This document shows positions 18,937 through 29,751 of a stretch of DNA of 64,000 bases, in pieces (within the stretch, counting starts at the first letter, position 1; each line of letters starts with the position of its first letter). The position numbers were made by a program, and so were the translations under genes. The notes beneath the pieces are model-generated. The model made no database searches. It was not told where the DNA came from and worked only from the letters and a program-made list of their open reading frames with translations. This DNA is from Parachlamydiales bacterium (GTDB lineage Bacteria; Chlamydiota; Chlamydiia; Chlamydiales; Rhabdochlamydiaceae). The stretch spans positions 1,664,001-1,728,000 of the forward strand of contig OY970065.1 in NCBI GenBank assembly GCA_963705295.1, written 5' to 3'.

Positions 18937-20229
18937 ATGGCTAATAATTTGATTGTAAGACCCCCAGAGTGGCCCTTGCCGGATGAAATCACTCTTGGCA
19001 TTCTTCAAAAACTACCACCTCAAGCCATCCTGTCTTTTCGAGTCGTATGCCGGTATTTTGCTCACCTGGCAACCGATTCTGATCTTTGGAGGTCTTTCTG
19101 TCAGAGAAAATTTGGGATTATACCCGCGTCTGACGATCCTGTTTTCTCTATCTATTTGAGGGCTTTCAAAAGAAAAAGGTCGATTGAACAGGGTGCATTT
19201 CAAACAGTCTTGGATGACAGGCCTGCGAAGAAAGCTGTAAGGCCTAAAACAGAGGCCCGTTCTTTGGATAATAATCACTTGATTTTAGACCGAGACAATA
19301 GGCCTCCGGTGATTGTGGGTGGCGACATTCAACCCATCGGTTATGACGGCAAGATAGAGAGAGTGGTAAAGATCTACGAGCTTAACGCCCACTTTTTCAT
19401 TTATGATGCGGGAGGTTCCGTCAAAATCAATCAAAGGAAAAAGAGTCCGGATGGGAGAGAATATTTTACGCATGTCTATACCTTCACCTGCCGTTTCAAA
19501 TCTTTTTCTAAAGCGGCCTGCTCCGATGATCGGGCTATATATGCTTCCCGTGAGGGAATTATTTATGCTATCCCTTACCGGATGGACGGTGCAGAAAATA
19601 TGGTTTTTGATCCTTCTGTGATTATACCAGGATCTTATGGCGTCATTAATAATCTGAAAACGGTCGATGATTATCTCTGTATTGATTCTGGCAATAGGCT
19701 TATCGTCCTAAAAAGGGGTGGGAATTTTGAGCGGGTTGCTACTTTTCCACCGGGAGAGTGGATGCATGCCTTTGGAAGATTCTATATTAGGGATCTACTG
19801 GATTGTTATACGTGCTGGATAAAAGAAAATGCAATCTTTCGACCCTTTCTTTCTTTGACAATGAGATTTGACCATGTGTCAACATCTCAAAACTATCTCA
19901 TCCATGAATCTTTCCTTGGAATTATTGTTATCCGAGATAAAACAATAGTTCATCTCCCCGTCATTCAAACTTTGCAATTTCTTCCAGGTGAAAATATTAT
20001 CCGCGCTATTTCCCTCTGCTGTAATTACCTCATTATAGCCATAGATAGAAATGGAAGAAGCTGTCTAAAATTCTTCATAAAAGATGGGGACAACCCTGGG
20101 TTTATCCCAGTGCCAGTCAAAATATTTTCTTTTAAAAATAGAATTAAATCTCTCCACATCCTTGGAAATCGCTTAGTTATTCTTTTCTATAATGGTGACC
20201 TTCAAGCCCTCGACTTTGAGGCTCAATAA
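18937..20229 (+). CDS. F-box protein, putative host-directed effector
   Basis: LPDEITLGILQKL...LSFRVVCRYF...DSDLW F-box; beta-rich C-terminal region. Confidence 0.85.
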   Translation: MANNLIVRPPEWPLPDEITLGILQKLPPQAILSFRVVCRYFAHLATDSDLWRSFCQRKFGIIPASDDPVFSIYLRAFKRKRSIEQGAFQTVLDDRPAKKAVRPKTEARSLDNNHLILDRDNRPPVIVGGDIQPIGYDGKIERVVKIYELNAHFFIYDAGGSVKINQRKKSPDGREYFTHVYTFTCRFKSFSKAACSDDRAIYASREGIIYAIPYRMDGAENMVFDPSVIIPGSYGVINNLKTVDDYLCIDSGNRLIVLKRGGNFERVATFPPGEWMHAFGRFYIRDLLDCYTCWIKENAIFRPFLSLTMRFDHVSTSQNYLIHESFLGIIVIRDKTIVHLPVIQTLQFLPGENIIRAISLCCNYLIIAIDRNGRSCLKFFIKDGDNPGFIPVPVKIFSFKNRIKSLHILGNRLVILFYNGDLQALDFEAQ

Positions 20230-21446
20230 ATCGTTCGGATGGCGATCGTTTTGACATTACCTAGAAGGGTGGTTTCTTCGACGGTGAGTTCGAATTGATC
20301 GATGCGGACTGATTCTCCTGTAGAGGGAGGATGGCCGAGAAGTTTGGTGACGAGATCTTCTAAGGTCTCGGCATCTTTACCGTCGAGATGAACATGGTAT
20401 GCCAAGTTGAAATCGGTGATTTTGGTATCTCCGGGAAACGACCTATCGACGACAACGCGGTGGGCTCTTGGGATGATTTCTTCAAATGACATCCAGTTAT
20501 CGGAGAGGCCAAAGATTTCATCGATGATTTCGTCCAGGGTCAAGATCCCTCGTGCAAGACCGGCTTCATTGAGAACAATTGCCAAGCTCTGGTTATTTCT
20601 TCGAAATTGTCTCAAAATCGACATGATCGAATCTTTCTCGGTGATAAACCAAGGAGCCCGTGCATAGTCGCGGACTTTCTTATTGTCGGGAATTCGGAGA
20701 AAATCGCGGGGATAGGCTACGGCAATGATATTTTCAGGATTTTTATGAAAAATAGGGACAAACGGATGGTAATGAGATTTGAGCAGGGTTCTCATTTCAG
20801 TCAGAGTACAAAAAGAAGGGATCGATTGGATGTTTTTTAACGGTTGCATGAGATCCTTTGCTGTCATATGACGGATAGCAAAAATTTGCGATGCAATCGT
20901 GTTAAACTCTTCTTCATCTTTTTCTTCGAGAATTTTTTGGAGCTCCTCGCGACTGACATAGAGTCCAGCAGATTCTGCACTCCCCAGAAGCTTATGCACG
21001 ATTCTACAAAGGCCATCCAAAAGCCAGATGATAGGGCTTAAGATAAACGACATGATATAGAGAATAGGAACTCCGATCATGGCAGCATGTTCCGCATACC
21101 GTCTCCCCGCAAAAAGGGGTGAAATCTCGGCAAAAATAAGGACGATAAAGACCTGTGTAAAGGGGGCGATATCAGGGCTCATTCCGAGCGCATCATAAAA
21201 ACGGCGGGCCGCTTCTGACCCCACTTGAAGGGCGGCATTGATACAAATGAGTGCCGTACCAAAAAGGCGCCCTGGATGTTGCAGAAGGTCGCTCAGCCAA
21301 ATGGCCCTACGGTTGTTTTTACTCACATAGTATTGGAGCCGAATTTTATTGAACGAGACACACGCCATCTCGACCATAGCAAAGAATCCCTGAATCACAA
21401 GGCAAACAAGAATGATAACAAGAAAAAATTTCCAGTTATGCGTCAT
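20223..21446 (-). CDS. CNNM/CBS/CorC (TlyC hemolysin-like) transporter
   Basis: GFFAMVEMA DUF21 domain; CBS pair; CorC C-terminal domain (CT257-like). Confidence 0.88.
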   Translation of the reverse strand: MTHNWKFFLVIILVCLVIQGFFAMVEMACVSFNKIRLQYYVSKNNRRAIWLSDLLQHPGRLFGTALICINAALQVGSEAARRFYDALGMSPDIAPFTQVFIVLIFAEISPLFAGRRYAEHAAMIGVPILYIMSFILSPIIWLLDGLCRIVHKLLGSAESAGLYVSREELQKILEEKDEEEFNTIASQIFAIRHMTAKDLMQPLKNIQSIPSFCTLTEMRTLLKSHYHPFVPIFHKNPENIIAVAYPRDFLRIPDNKKVRDYARAPWFITEKDSIMSILRQFRRNNQSLAIVLNEAGLARGILTLDEIIDEIFGLSDNWMSFEEIIPRAHRVVVDRSFPGDTKITDFNLAYHVHLDGKDAETLEDLVTKLLGHPPSTGESVRIDQFELTVEETTLLGNVKTIAIRTIY

Positions 21447-22681
21447 TTTTTCCTCAGACGGCGGATATAAACGCGGCGGACGCGGGTCGGTTCTGCTGCC
21501 AAAACATGGAAGAGAAAATCATCGGTCGTATATTTGCTTCCACTTTTGGGAATATCTCCCATTTTTTCTGTTAAATAACCTCCGATCGTGACCATGTGAT
21601 TCTCTGTTTGAAACGGGATATCAAAGATTCTTTCGAGCTCTGATAGCTCCATTTTTCCATTGGCAATGATCACATCTTCGCCCGACAGCGTGTAGAGGTT
21701 TTTTTCATCGCGCCGATCGACGATTTCTCCGATCACGGTCTCGACTAGATCTTCAAGCGCAACAATCCCCGATACAGAGCCGTATTCATCGACAACAATA
21801 GCAAACGAATCTTGCCTATCATAAAATTGCCTCAGCAATGTTTTTGCTGGCACAGTCTCGGGGACAAAAAACGGTTTTTCCAAAATACCTTTTAAATCTT
21901 CACTCGTTTGAATCTTATCCCGATGAAGAAAGTACAAACGACTAGTGATCACACCTAAAATTTGATCGAGCCCTTTATCGCAGACAGGGATCCGAGAACA
22001 CTCTTGATCGACAAATAGATGGATCAACCTTGAAAGGGGCTCGTCGAGGTCGAAATAGAGAACTTCTTCCCGAGGACGCATCCGCTCTTTCACGGTCGAT
22101 TCTTGTAGGGCAAGATATCCCCTGACAAGTTCTGCTTCATCTTCGTTTAAAATCCCAATTTTACGGGATGTTCGGAGGGTATGTTGAAGCTCATCGATTG
22201 AAATATCTTGTTCTTTTCGCAAAAAGAAAAATAAGACCCGCGAAATATAGTTCGTCGAAGTGACCAACATTTTCCTCAGCGGCATCAACATTTTTTGGAG
22301 AAACTGCAGAACAGGAGACATCCGGTAAGCGATTTTTTCATTATGAACAAGGCCGATCGATTTCGGAATCACTTCACCTAGAACAAGTGTCAAACCCAAA
22401 GGAACAAGCACATTGATAAGACCATTGGTGGCCTCCCCAAAAAGAGAGGATGTGACGTTCTGAATGATGATATTGACCGCCACATTGAGCATGATGATGG
22501 TGACCAGCAAATCTCGAGGCGATGCAAGGAGTTGCGCAATGAGTTGCTTGCGCGGATCTTTGTTCTGCTTATACGTCTTGACTTTCAGTGATGACAGGGA
22601 AAAAAGCGCTGTTTCCGATGCTGAAAAAAGCCCCGAAAAAAACAGAAGGACTGCAAGAACAAGTATTAAAGAAATCATCAA
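21443..22681 (-). CDS. CNNM/CBS/CorC (TlyC hemolysin-like) transporter
   Basis: FSASETALFS, GEVIPKS, SRIPV, VVDEYG (CT256-like). Confidence 0.92.
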   Translation of the reverse strand: MMISLILVLAVLLFFSGLFSASETALFSLSSLKVKTYKQNKDPRKQLIAQLLASPRDLLVTIIMLNVAVNIIIQNVTSSLFGEATNGLINVLVPLGLTLVLGEVIPKSIGLVHNEKIAYRMSPVLQFLQKMLMPLRKMLVTSTNYISRVLFFFLRKEQDISIDELQHTLRTSRKIGILNEDEAELVRGYLALQESTVKERMRPREEVLYFDLDEPLSRLIHLFVDQECSRIPVCDKGLDQILGVITSRLYFLHRDKIQTSEDLKGILEKPFFVPETVPAKTLLRQFYDRQDSFAIVVDEYGSVSGIVALEDLVETVIGEIVDRRDEKNLYTLSGEDVIIANGKMELSELERIFDIPFQTENHMVTIGGYLTEKMGDIPKSGSKYTTDDFLFHVLAAEPTRVRRVYIRRLRKK

Positions 22682-22953
22682 TTTTGAAAATAAACTTTCA
22701 CCTGGCCTTCAGGTACGACACCAAGGTTACGCTTTAAGACCATTTCTACCCAAGCAGGATCTGATTGGCTTTGCAATTGAAGGAGAAGTTCCTCGCGCGT
22801 TGCCAGAGCGATATTTTTTTCATTTTCGAGACTTTTAAGTTGAAGAGCGGCTTCGTTGTACACTTTGTTTTTGGTTTGAGAAGCTTGAAAATAAAAAAGC
22901 AAGCATACCAGTCCAAAAACAACCACCCACCAGGAACTTCCTTTTTTTGCCAT
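22678..22953 (-). CDS. FtsB/DivIC-like small bitopic coiled-coil protein (CT038-like)
   Basis: TM + coiled coil + DPAWVEMVLKRNLGVVPEGQ; next to dcd. Confidence 0.7.
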   Translation of the reverse strand: MAKKGSSWWVVVFGLVCLLFYFQASQTKNKVYNEAALQLKSLENEKNIALATREELLLQLQSQSDPAWVEMVLKRNLGVVPEGQVKVYFQN

Positions 22954-23044
22954 CTTAAGCTCGATTGTATGGAGAGCCGTTTTTTTTGCGATGAATTTTT
23001 TTGCTTCGAGATGTTAAAGATTTAAATCATTAAGAGCAAGAAGC

Positions 23045-23611
23045 TTACGCGATAGGTAGCGTAATTTCACTTTGCCGCATGTATTTTCCAGCACGGTCTG
23101 CATAAGAGATTTCACACACATCGGAGGCTTGATAGAAGAGAACTTGAGCCAGTCCTTCATTGGCATAAATTTTGGCAGGTAGTGGGGTCGTATTGGAAAT
23201 TTCCAATGTGACTTTCCCTTCCCATTCCGGCTCAAAGGGGGTCACATTGACAATGATTCCGCACCTGGCATAGGTCGATTTTCCAACACAGATCGTGAGA
23301 ACATCGCGAGGAATTCTAAAATATTCAATGCTCGTTGCGAGTGCAAAAGAATTCGGAGGAATGATGCACGAATCTCCTTCGATGTGGACAAACGCATCAT
23401 CGCGGAAATGTTTCGGATCGATCAAAGAGTTGTGGATATTGGTGAACACTTTGAACTTCCTATCGACACGGAGATCGTATCCATAGCTCGAAAGGCCGTA
23501 GCTAATCACTTTTTGCCCTTCGCAAGTCCGGACTTGCACATCGACAAAAGGCTCGATCATCGCATGCTTCCTAGCCATCTCCCGAATCCATCTATCCGAC
23601 TTGATACTCAT
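23045..23611 (-). CDS. dcd: dCTP deaminase
   Basis: [29 protein letters not shown]. Confidence 0.97.
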   Translation of the reverse strand: MSIKSDRWIREMARKHAMIEPFVDVQVRTCEGQKVISYGLSSYGYDLRVDRKFKVFTNIHNSLIDPKHFRDDAFVHIEGDSCIIPPNSFALATSIEYFRIPRDVLTICVGKSTYARCGIIVNVTPFEPEWEGKVTLEISNTTPLPAKIYANEGLAQVLFYQASDVCEISYADRAGKYMRQSEITLPIA

Positions 23612-23673
23612 AGTGTCCTTGTTTATTTAAAAGGTATAGCTCGCCAAATCGTTTTTTGCTACAGTTTTGTAAA

Positions 23674-24714
23674 ATGTCGGACGATAAATTTGTTGAGTCT
23701 TCGCTAAAAACTACCAAAATCGATGAAAAAATTGAAAAGTCGCTTCGACCTCTTTCTCTGAATGAATTTGTCGGTCAAGAAGCCGTGCGAGAGAGGCTCG
23801 ATGTTTTACTACTTGCGGCGCAGCAAAGAAAAGAGTCTTTGGGCCACTGCCTTTTCCATGGCCCGCCAGGTGTTGGAAAAACGACCCTGGCCCATGTGAT
23901 TGCTAAAACCATGGGCTCGCAGCTCACCGTTACATCAGGTCCTGTCATCGAAAAAGCGGGCGATCTTGCCGGACTTCTCACCAATCTAAAACCGGGCGAT
24001 ATTTTATTTATTGATGAGATCCATCGCCTTTCGAAAAACGTCGAAGAATACCTCTACCCTGCCATGGAAGACTTTGCTTTAGATCTGCTCATCGATAGCG
24101 GTCCTTCTGCCCGGTCAGTCCAAGTGAAACTCAATCATTTCACCCTTGTTGGAGCGACAACCCGAATGGGCCTGCTCAGCAGTCCACTCCGCTCACGGTT
24201 TGCCTATACCCTTCGCCTCGATCATTATTCCGAAGAAGAGCTCATCAAAATCTTAAACCGGTCGGCAACCATTTTGCAAATCCAATTACATCCACTCGCT
24301 GCCCGTGAAATTGCGATGCGCGCCCGTGGAACTCCCCGCATTGCCAATAACCTCCTTCGGTGGGTGCGCGATTACTCTCAAATCCGCAACGAGACCACCA
24401 TCCATCAAAAAACCGCTGCCGACGCTTTGGCCATGCTCTCGATCGACCACCGGGGACTCGATGAGATGGATAAAAAGATTTTAAGCGTGATCATCGATCA
24501 ACATGGCGGTGGACCCGTTGGAGTCAGCACACTTGCCGTCGCCATTGGTGAAGAATCGCATACCGTTGAAGAAGTCTACGAACCTTACCTCATCATGCAA
24601 GGCTTGATCAAACGGACACCTCGCGGACGAGAAGCGACACCGCTCGCTTATACCCATTTAGGAAAAAAACTCCCCAAAACCTTTTTAGGAGATCTATATG
24701 AAACGCATGACTAA
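23674..24714 (+). CDS. ruvB: Holliday junction helicase RuvB
   Basis: [38 protein letters not shown]. Confidence 0.97.
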   Translation: MSDDKFVESSLKTTKIDEKIEKSLRPLSLNEFVGQEAVRERLDVLLLAAQQRKESLGHCLFHGPPGVGKTTLAHVIAKTMGSQLTVTSGPVIEKAGDLAGLLTNLKPGDILFIDEIHRLSKNVEEYLYPAMEDFALDLLIDSGPSARSVQVKLNHFTLVGATTRMGLLSSPLRSRFAYTLRLDHYSEEELIKILNRSATILQIQLHPLAAREIAMRARGTPRIANNLLRWVRDYSQIRNETTIHQKTAADALAMLSIDHRGLDEMDKKILSVIIDQHGGGPVGVSTLAVAIGEESHTVEEVYEPYLIMQGLIKRTPRGREATPLAYTHLGKKLPKTFLGDLYETHD

Positions 24715-25831
24715 TTTATTTTGGCTGTTTTTGCTGATCACAATTTCTGGCACAGCCAACCCCCAAGACACCGATTTTTCACAAAAATCGAAACCGGTGA
24801 CCCTCAAAGTTCTGATTCAAAAACAACAGCCTGAAGTCGTTCTAGAAGTCAAAGGACGGCACTACATTTACAACCCTCTAGACGGCACCCAAATCTCTTG
24901 GGGAATCATGGGAAAACGGCACACCGTGATATCCGATACGTATGGGATTCAGTGGGGCGAGAAATTCCCTTTTCATCAGCTCCGTTTTGTTCCAGGCGAT
25001 TCCCAAAGCACCATTCTTGTTAACGGCATACAATACCGTGGATGCATTGAAATCTACCACACCGATGGAAAATTCAATGTGATCAATGAAATCGATGTCG
25101 AACACTATCTCAAAACCACCCTCTCTGCAAGTTTCCCAAAACCTCTTAACGAAGAGGTGATGAATGCGATCACCATTGTAGCCCGTACCAATGCGTATTT
25201 TATGGCCCAGCGTAATAAACAAGCGTTTTGGCATGTCACGGCCGGGGAAGTGAATTATTCAGGAGCTGCCATTCTTCCAGAAAAACATATCGAAAAAGCT
25301 GTCGACACAACACGGCAAGCGATTTTGACATTCCATGAAACCTCCTTCCCAGCGGCCTGGACTCAAAATAGCGGAGGAAAAACAGCCGATTTTGCCGCTG
25401 TCTTTCGTAAAGCCCTCACAACACCGACCGGTGTCACCGCACCGCTGGCCGCAAAAGATCGAGAAAAAACCAAATGGACCTGCTCTTTTTCCAAAGCCGT
25501 TCTCTCCAAAATGGTCGATCTCAGTCGGATCACCGGCATCGATCTCTATCTCACCCCCGATTCTGAAAAAGTTTATGCCATCAAAATAACCGGTGAATGC
25601 CAAGTGAAAGATTTCGATTTCACAACGTTCCAAAAAATCATTGGACCCGATCTCCGTAGCAACGACTTCGTTGTCCAAATTAAAGGAGATGATCTTCTCT
25701 TTTCCGGTTATGGTGAAGGACCCGGTGTCGGCCTCTGTCTTTACAGCGCCCACATCATGGCAGAAAAAGGTGAAAAAGCCCCCCAAATCCTCCAGGCTTT
25801 CTTCCCCCAAACCAAACTCGAAAAACTTTAA
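24698..25831 (+). CDS. SpoIID/LytB-domain protein (CT041-like)
   Basis: YRG.I...[26 protein letters not shown]; follows ruvB as in Chlamydia. Confidence 0.85.
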   Translation: MKRMTNLFWLFLLITISGTANPQDTDFSQKSKPVTLKVLIQKQQPEVVLEVKGRHYIYNPLDGTQISWGIMGKRHTVISDTYGIQWGEKFPFHQLRFVPGDSQSTILVNGIQYRGCIEIYHTDGKFNVINEIDVEHYLKTTLSASFPKPLNEEVMNAITIVARTNAYFMAQRNKQAFWHVTAGEVNYSGAAILPEKHIEKAVDTTRQAILTFHETSFPAAWTQNSGGKTADFAAVFRKALTTPTGVTAPLAAKDREKTKWTCSFSKAVLSKMVDLSRITGIDLYLTPDSEKVYAIKITGECQVKDFDFTTFQKIIGPDLRSNDFVVQIKGDDLLFSGYGEGPGVGLCLYSAHIMAEKGEKAPQILQAFFPQTKLEKL

Positions 25832-25836
25832 GAATA

Positions 25837-25875
25837 AGGAGAAACCACAGAGCCACAGAGAAAGTGGTTTCTCCT
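25837..25875. terminator. Hairpin between convergent genes; short version of the 29568 palindromic element
   Basis: Perfect 12-bp stem AGGAGAAACCAC/GTGGTTTCTCCT. Confidence 0.7.
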
Positions 25876-25881
25876 ATCTTT

Positions 25882-28800
25882 TCAAGAGAGCAAGGAAGCT
25901 CGGGCTTCTGGGTTTTGAGGGTCGATTTCTAAGGCTTTTTTGAAGTGTTTTTCTGCTTCGGAAGGCAGGCCCTGTTTTTTTGCTAAGCGGCCCAAGCGGA
26001 GTTGGAGGGCCAGTTTTATGTGACTGTCGCTTGGATCCACATGCTGCCACGCTTTCAGATATGATTGCTTAGCTTCGCTTGGACGGGAGTCGAAAATCGC
26101 ATTTCCGAGCCCAAAACATGCATAAACATTTTTGGGGTCGAGTCCAAGGGCTTTTCTAAAATTCTCCTCCGATTCTTGGAGGCGGTTCTGCTCCAATTTG
26201 AGTTCACCGAGTCCAATAAAAGGCTGAGGACTTGTTAAATCCAATGTTATCGCATGACGATAATGTTCTTCTGACTGTTTTAATTCCCTCCTTGCGAAAT
26301 AAATTTTGCCGAGCGATAGCCAAACCAGTGGATGTGTATCATCGATTCCTTTAGCCTTCTCAATAATCTTTTCGGCATCCAAATATTTCCCCTGGAAAAC
26401 AGCCACTTGACCCAGACCCAAAAGGGCGTTGAAATTCTGCTTATCAAATTCTAATATGGTTCGTAAATAAATTTCAGCCTGAGCGAGATTTTTTTCCCTG
26501 AGACAAATCTCACCCAACCCATTCAAAGCTTCGGTATTTTTACGATCGAGTTCGAGAACTCGCAAAAAATAAGTACGCGCTCTTTTGATGTCGTATTGTA
26601 AGACAACATGTCCCAATTTTAATAATCCCTCAAGATGATGCGGATCGAGCTCAACGGCTTTTGAGAGGTAGAGCTCGGCATTTTCCAGAAGTCCTTGCCT
26701 GATAAAAATTTCGCCCAGTCCGACACGAGCTCGGACACAATTACGATGGATTGCTATAGCTTCTGAGTATCTCTTCGCTGCCTCCGCATATTGACTCCGT
26801 GATCCAGCCACATTTCCCAGGCCGCAGAGAGCTTCAAAATCATTCGGATCACACCTCAGTGCTTGTCGATAATATTGCTCTGCTTTCTCAAGATTTCCTC
26901 CTCGAAGTTCGACCTCTCCAAGTCCCGTATAAGCTAAAGAATACTCTTCATTTAAACGACGAACTTTTTCAAAGATCCCTCGCACTTCTATAAGAGGTTT
27001 TCCTTGCCGCAGTGCTAATTCTCCGAATTGTGCCCACACGCTAGGGTTTTGTGTATCGCAGAGAAAAGCCGTCTTTAACCTCTCTTCCACTTTTGCCCAA
27101 TCTCCCTCTAAACGAGCTGCACGAGCAAGTCCCAAATGCGCCATGGTATTCTTTTCACTCAGTTCGAGCACTCTATTAAAACAGACTTCTGCTTCCCTTC
27201 TAGATCCACGAGAAAGTTCGTTCTCCCCAAGGTTATGTAAAATGGAGAGCCTCTGTCCTAGATTTTCAGGAAGTGTCCGCCGCAAACCATCTTCAAGATA
27301 TTCTCTAGCTTTTGTGTGGTTTCCAGTCACCATCGCACATTTTCCCAGCCCAATTTGAACACGCCCATCTTCACTTTTAATTTTTTTATAAATTTTTTCC
27401 GCTTCCTCGAATTTTCTTTGTTGGAAAAGAATATTACCGAGAGCGAGTAAAACATCCGCGTCATTCGGCTCTAATTTTGCCGCTTTTTTGAAACATTGGT
27501 AGGCTTGATCGAGTTTATGCTCATCGATAAACTTATACCCCTGCCTCAGCAAATCCTTGGCCTTAGTTGAAATGTCTAAGAAAGCTTCGGGACGGACACG
27601 AATAACAACCTTGGGAGTGGCTTGGCCACCTTTCGAGCGGAGACAATCTGCTATATCGGTCTTATTAAGATCGATCGCAAGATCGAGAGGAGTCTGCCCT
27701 TTTTTATTTTTTTTATTGATTTCAGTTCTTGAATCTGAGCACAGAAGTCGAACGATTTCGATGTTCCCTTTTAAGACAGCAAGATGAAGAGATGTCGATT
27801 CAGCGGGTTCACAAACTGCATTTGGATCTGCACCAGCACCTAATAAAAGTTTTGCTACATCGACTTTATTTTCCTGAGCCGCCCAGTGAAGAGGGGTCCT
27901 CTGAGACGAATCTCTTGCATCCACTTTAGTCCGTTTATCTTCCAAGAGTCTTTCTAAAAAAGGCTTTTGACTACATGTTCTATGTAAAAGTGAAGATTTC
28001 TCAACACCTTGCACCGTATTTGGATCTGCTCCTTTATCGAGAAAATAAGAAAAAATCCCTAAATTTCCAGTTAGGGACAGTGGCGTAGCTCCAGTCAAGT
28101 CAGGTTTGTCGCAGCTGCTTCCTGCTTCGACCAATCTCCGTATAACCTGTAAATGATTATTCCCAACCGCAGTATGTAAAGCGGTATCATGAAAAGGGCC
28201 ATTTTCCGCATCAACTTTAGCTCCTGCTTGCAGTAAAATCTGGGTAACCTCCAAACTTCCTCGCATGGAAGCATAATAAAGAGATGTTGTCATCGTATTT
28301 TCTTCATCGAATTTCCATTTTTTCTCCGCACACAATTTCCGCATTTGTTCCAGACTCTGCCCTGGACCCAAAAAAAAGGTGATCGGTCTTCTACACTGGC
28401 TATTGACGTCTATTCCTGGAATTTCGAGTAGCCGTTTGAGCATATTGGCCCTTCCATTTTCTGCAAAAAGGTGGACCAGGTTCGCGTCATTAGGATTGCA
28501 AAGAACAAACGGATTGGCTCCCCTTTCAAGAAGAAACTCGAAAGACTTTTGTCTTCCATTTAAGGCAGCAAGACTGAGCGGTGTATGGTTACCCGGCGTT
28601 TTAGCTTCGATATTGACACCTGGAGTTTCAATTAGAACCTTGAGGATATCCAGATGATCCCTAAGAACGGCGATATGTGCCGGAGTCAGACCTTCATTCG
28701 TGGTTGCATGGATACTCGCGCCTTCTTCTAAAAGAAGTGTAACAGAGCTCAATTGACCTGCAAAAATGGCGTGGGCCAGAGGCGTATTTCCATTCGTGGA

Positions 28801-29499
28801 GCGAACATCATCCACTCCCCTATGAGCCGCCTTTGCGATCAGTCGACGGAGAACATTAACATCTCCCCAGGCAGCCGCTATATGAAGAGCCGTTAATCCT
28901 TCGGGTCCATTTTGTTGATAGACATCGATAGTTCCACTCTCTAGGAGGGCAGAAACAGCTCCCGAGTGTCTCCCTGCCAAGGCGTAATAGAGAGGAGAGC
29001 ATTGATCGCTTGCAAGCAGATGAACATCGATATCAGGAAGTCCTTTCCTGCAGCGCGAATGGCAGAGCAGATAAACAATTTCGGCATGTCCATGGAAAGC
29101 AGCTCCATGCAGAGCGGTTGAACCATTCGAATTTTTTTCATTCACATCGGCATCGCTGCGCAGCAAAGCTTCAACAAGCTTTTCTTGCCCAGATAAAGAG
29201 GCATGAAAAAGAATCGTGTCACCTTGTTTATCTTTCAGATTGACCAATTTCTTCAGCTCGGCTGGTCTCACCTGCAATTGATTCAGAAAAGAAACAATGA
29301 TCTCAGGAGAACAATTATTTTTAACCATGTAGTGCAAATATGAGTCTCCCCCGTCAGTGATAACGAGTGGATCGGCTCCTTGTCTCAGCAACCTTTCCAT
29401 CCTCCCCTCATCCCCTTTCAGCAGGGCTTGATGCAAATCGGTCAACCCCCCCACCCTTCTCTGATTAACACCATTAAAACCATTAATTCTCATTGTCAT
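25882..29499 (-). CDS. Ankyrin-repeat + TPR-repeat protein (1205 aa), putative effector
   Basis: Many TALH/TPLH ankyrin repeats in the N-half; regular TPRs (ALxGLG) in the C-half. Confidence 0.92.
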   Translation of the reverse strand: MTMRINGFNGVNQRRVGGLTDLHQALLKGDEGRMERLLRQGADPLVITDGGDSYLHYMVKNNCSPEIIVSFLNQLQVRPAELKKLVNLKDKQGDTILFHASLSGQEKLVEALLRSDADVNEKNSNGSTALHGAAFHGHAEIVYLLCHSRCRKGLPDIDVHLLASDQCSPLYYALAGRHSGAVSALLESGTIDVYQQNGPEGLTALHIAAAWGDVNVLRRLIAKAAHRGVDDVRSTNGNTPLAHAIFAGQLSSVTLLLEEGASIHATTNEGLTPAHIAVLRDHLDILKVLIETPGVNIEAKTPGNHTPLSLAALNGRQKSFEFLLERGANPFVLCNPNDANLVHLFAENGRANMLKRLLEIPGIDVNSQCRRPITFFLGPGQSLEQMRKLCAEKKWKFDEENTMTTSLYYASMRGSLEVTQILLQAGAKVDAENGPFHDTALHTAVGNNHLQVIRRLVEAGSSCDKPDLTGATPLSLTGNLGIFSYFLDKGADPNTVQGVEKSSLLHRTCSQKPFLERLLEDKRTKVDARDSSQRTPLHWAAQENKVDVAKLLLGAGADPNAVCEPAESTSLHLAVLKGNIEIVRLLCSDSRTEINKKNKKGQTPLDLAIDLNKTDIADCLRSKGGQATPKVVIRVRPEAFLDISTKAKDLLRQGYKFIDEHKLDQAYQCFKKAAKLEPNDADVLLALGNILFQQRKFEEAEKIYKKIKSEDGRVQIGLGKCAMVTGNHTKAREYLEDGLRRTLPENLGQRLSILHNLGENELSRGSRREAEVCFNRVLELSEKNTMAHLGLARAARLEGDWAKVEERLKTAFLCDTQNPSVWAQFGELALRQGKPLIEVRGIFEKVRRLNEEYSLAYTGLGEVELRGGNLEKAEQYYRQALRCDPNDFEALCGLGNVAGSRSQYAEAAKRYSEAIAIHRNCVRARVGLGEIFIRQGLLENAELYLSKAVELDPHHLEGLLKLGHVVLQYDIKRARTYFLRVLELDRKNTEALNGLGEICLREKNLAQAEIYLRTILEFDKQNFNALLGLGQVAVFQGKYLDAEKIIEKAKGIDDTHPLVWLSLGKIYFARRELKQSEEHYRHAITLDLTSPQPFIGLGELKLEQNRLQESEENFRKALGLDPKNVYACFGLGNAIFDSRPSEAKQSYLKAWQHVDPSDSHIKLALQLRLGRLAKKQGLPSEAEKHFKKALEIDPQNPEARASLLS

Positions 29500-29567
29500 A
29501 TCGATCTATTTTATTACATTTTTTAATAAAAATAAATTACAATTAAGACTTTAAATTAGAAAGGATT

Positions 29568-29747
29568 AGGAGAAACCACAGAGAGAGAGGGAAGAGTTAG
29601 GAGGAGAATAGGATTTTCAACCACCGAGATCACCGAGGATACCGAGGCGGCTTCGCCGCAAAGAAAAAAGAATTTCTGCATTTTCTCGGTGCTCTCGGTG
29701 TGCTCGGTGGTTGAAATCTTCTCCTCTCTCCCTCTGTGGTTTCTCTT
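29568..29747. repeat. Nested palindromic REP/MITE-like element
   Basis: Outer IR GAGAAACCACAGAG/CTCTGTGGTTTCTC; inner IR TTTCAACCACCGAG with 3x ACCGAG vs 3x CTCGGT; central GCGGC-TTC-GCCGC hairpin. Confidence 0.85.
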
Positions 29748-29751
29748 ATTA

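Noticed and set aside
29544..29556. TTAAAGTCTT shared upstream of ankyrin genes as a sigma28 promoter
   Set aside because: No matching CGA-containing -10 at the right spacing; a short AT-rich match may be chance
29612..29718. CRISPR-like array from the ACCGAG repeats
   Set aside because: Units are about 9 bp, inverted and have no spacers; no cas genes in the window
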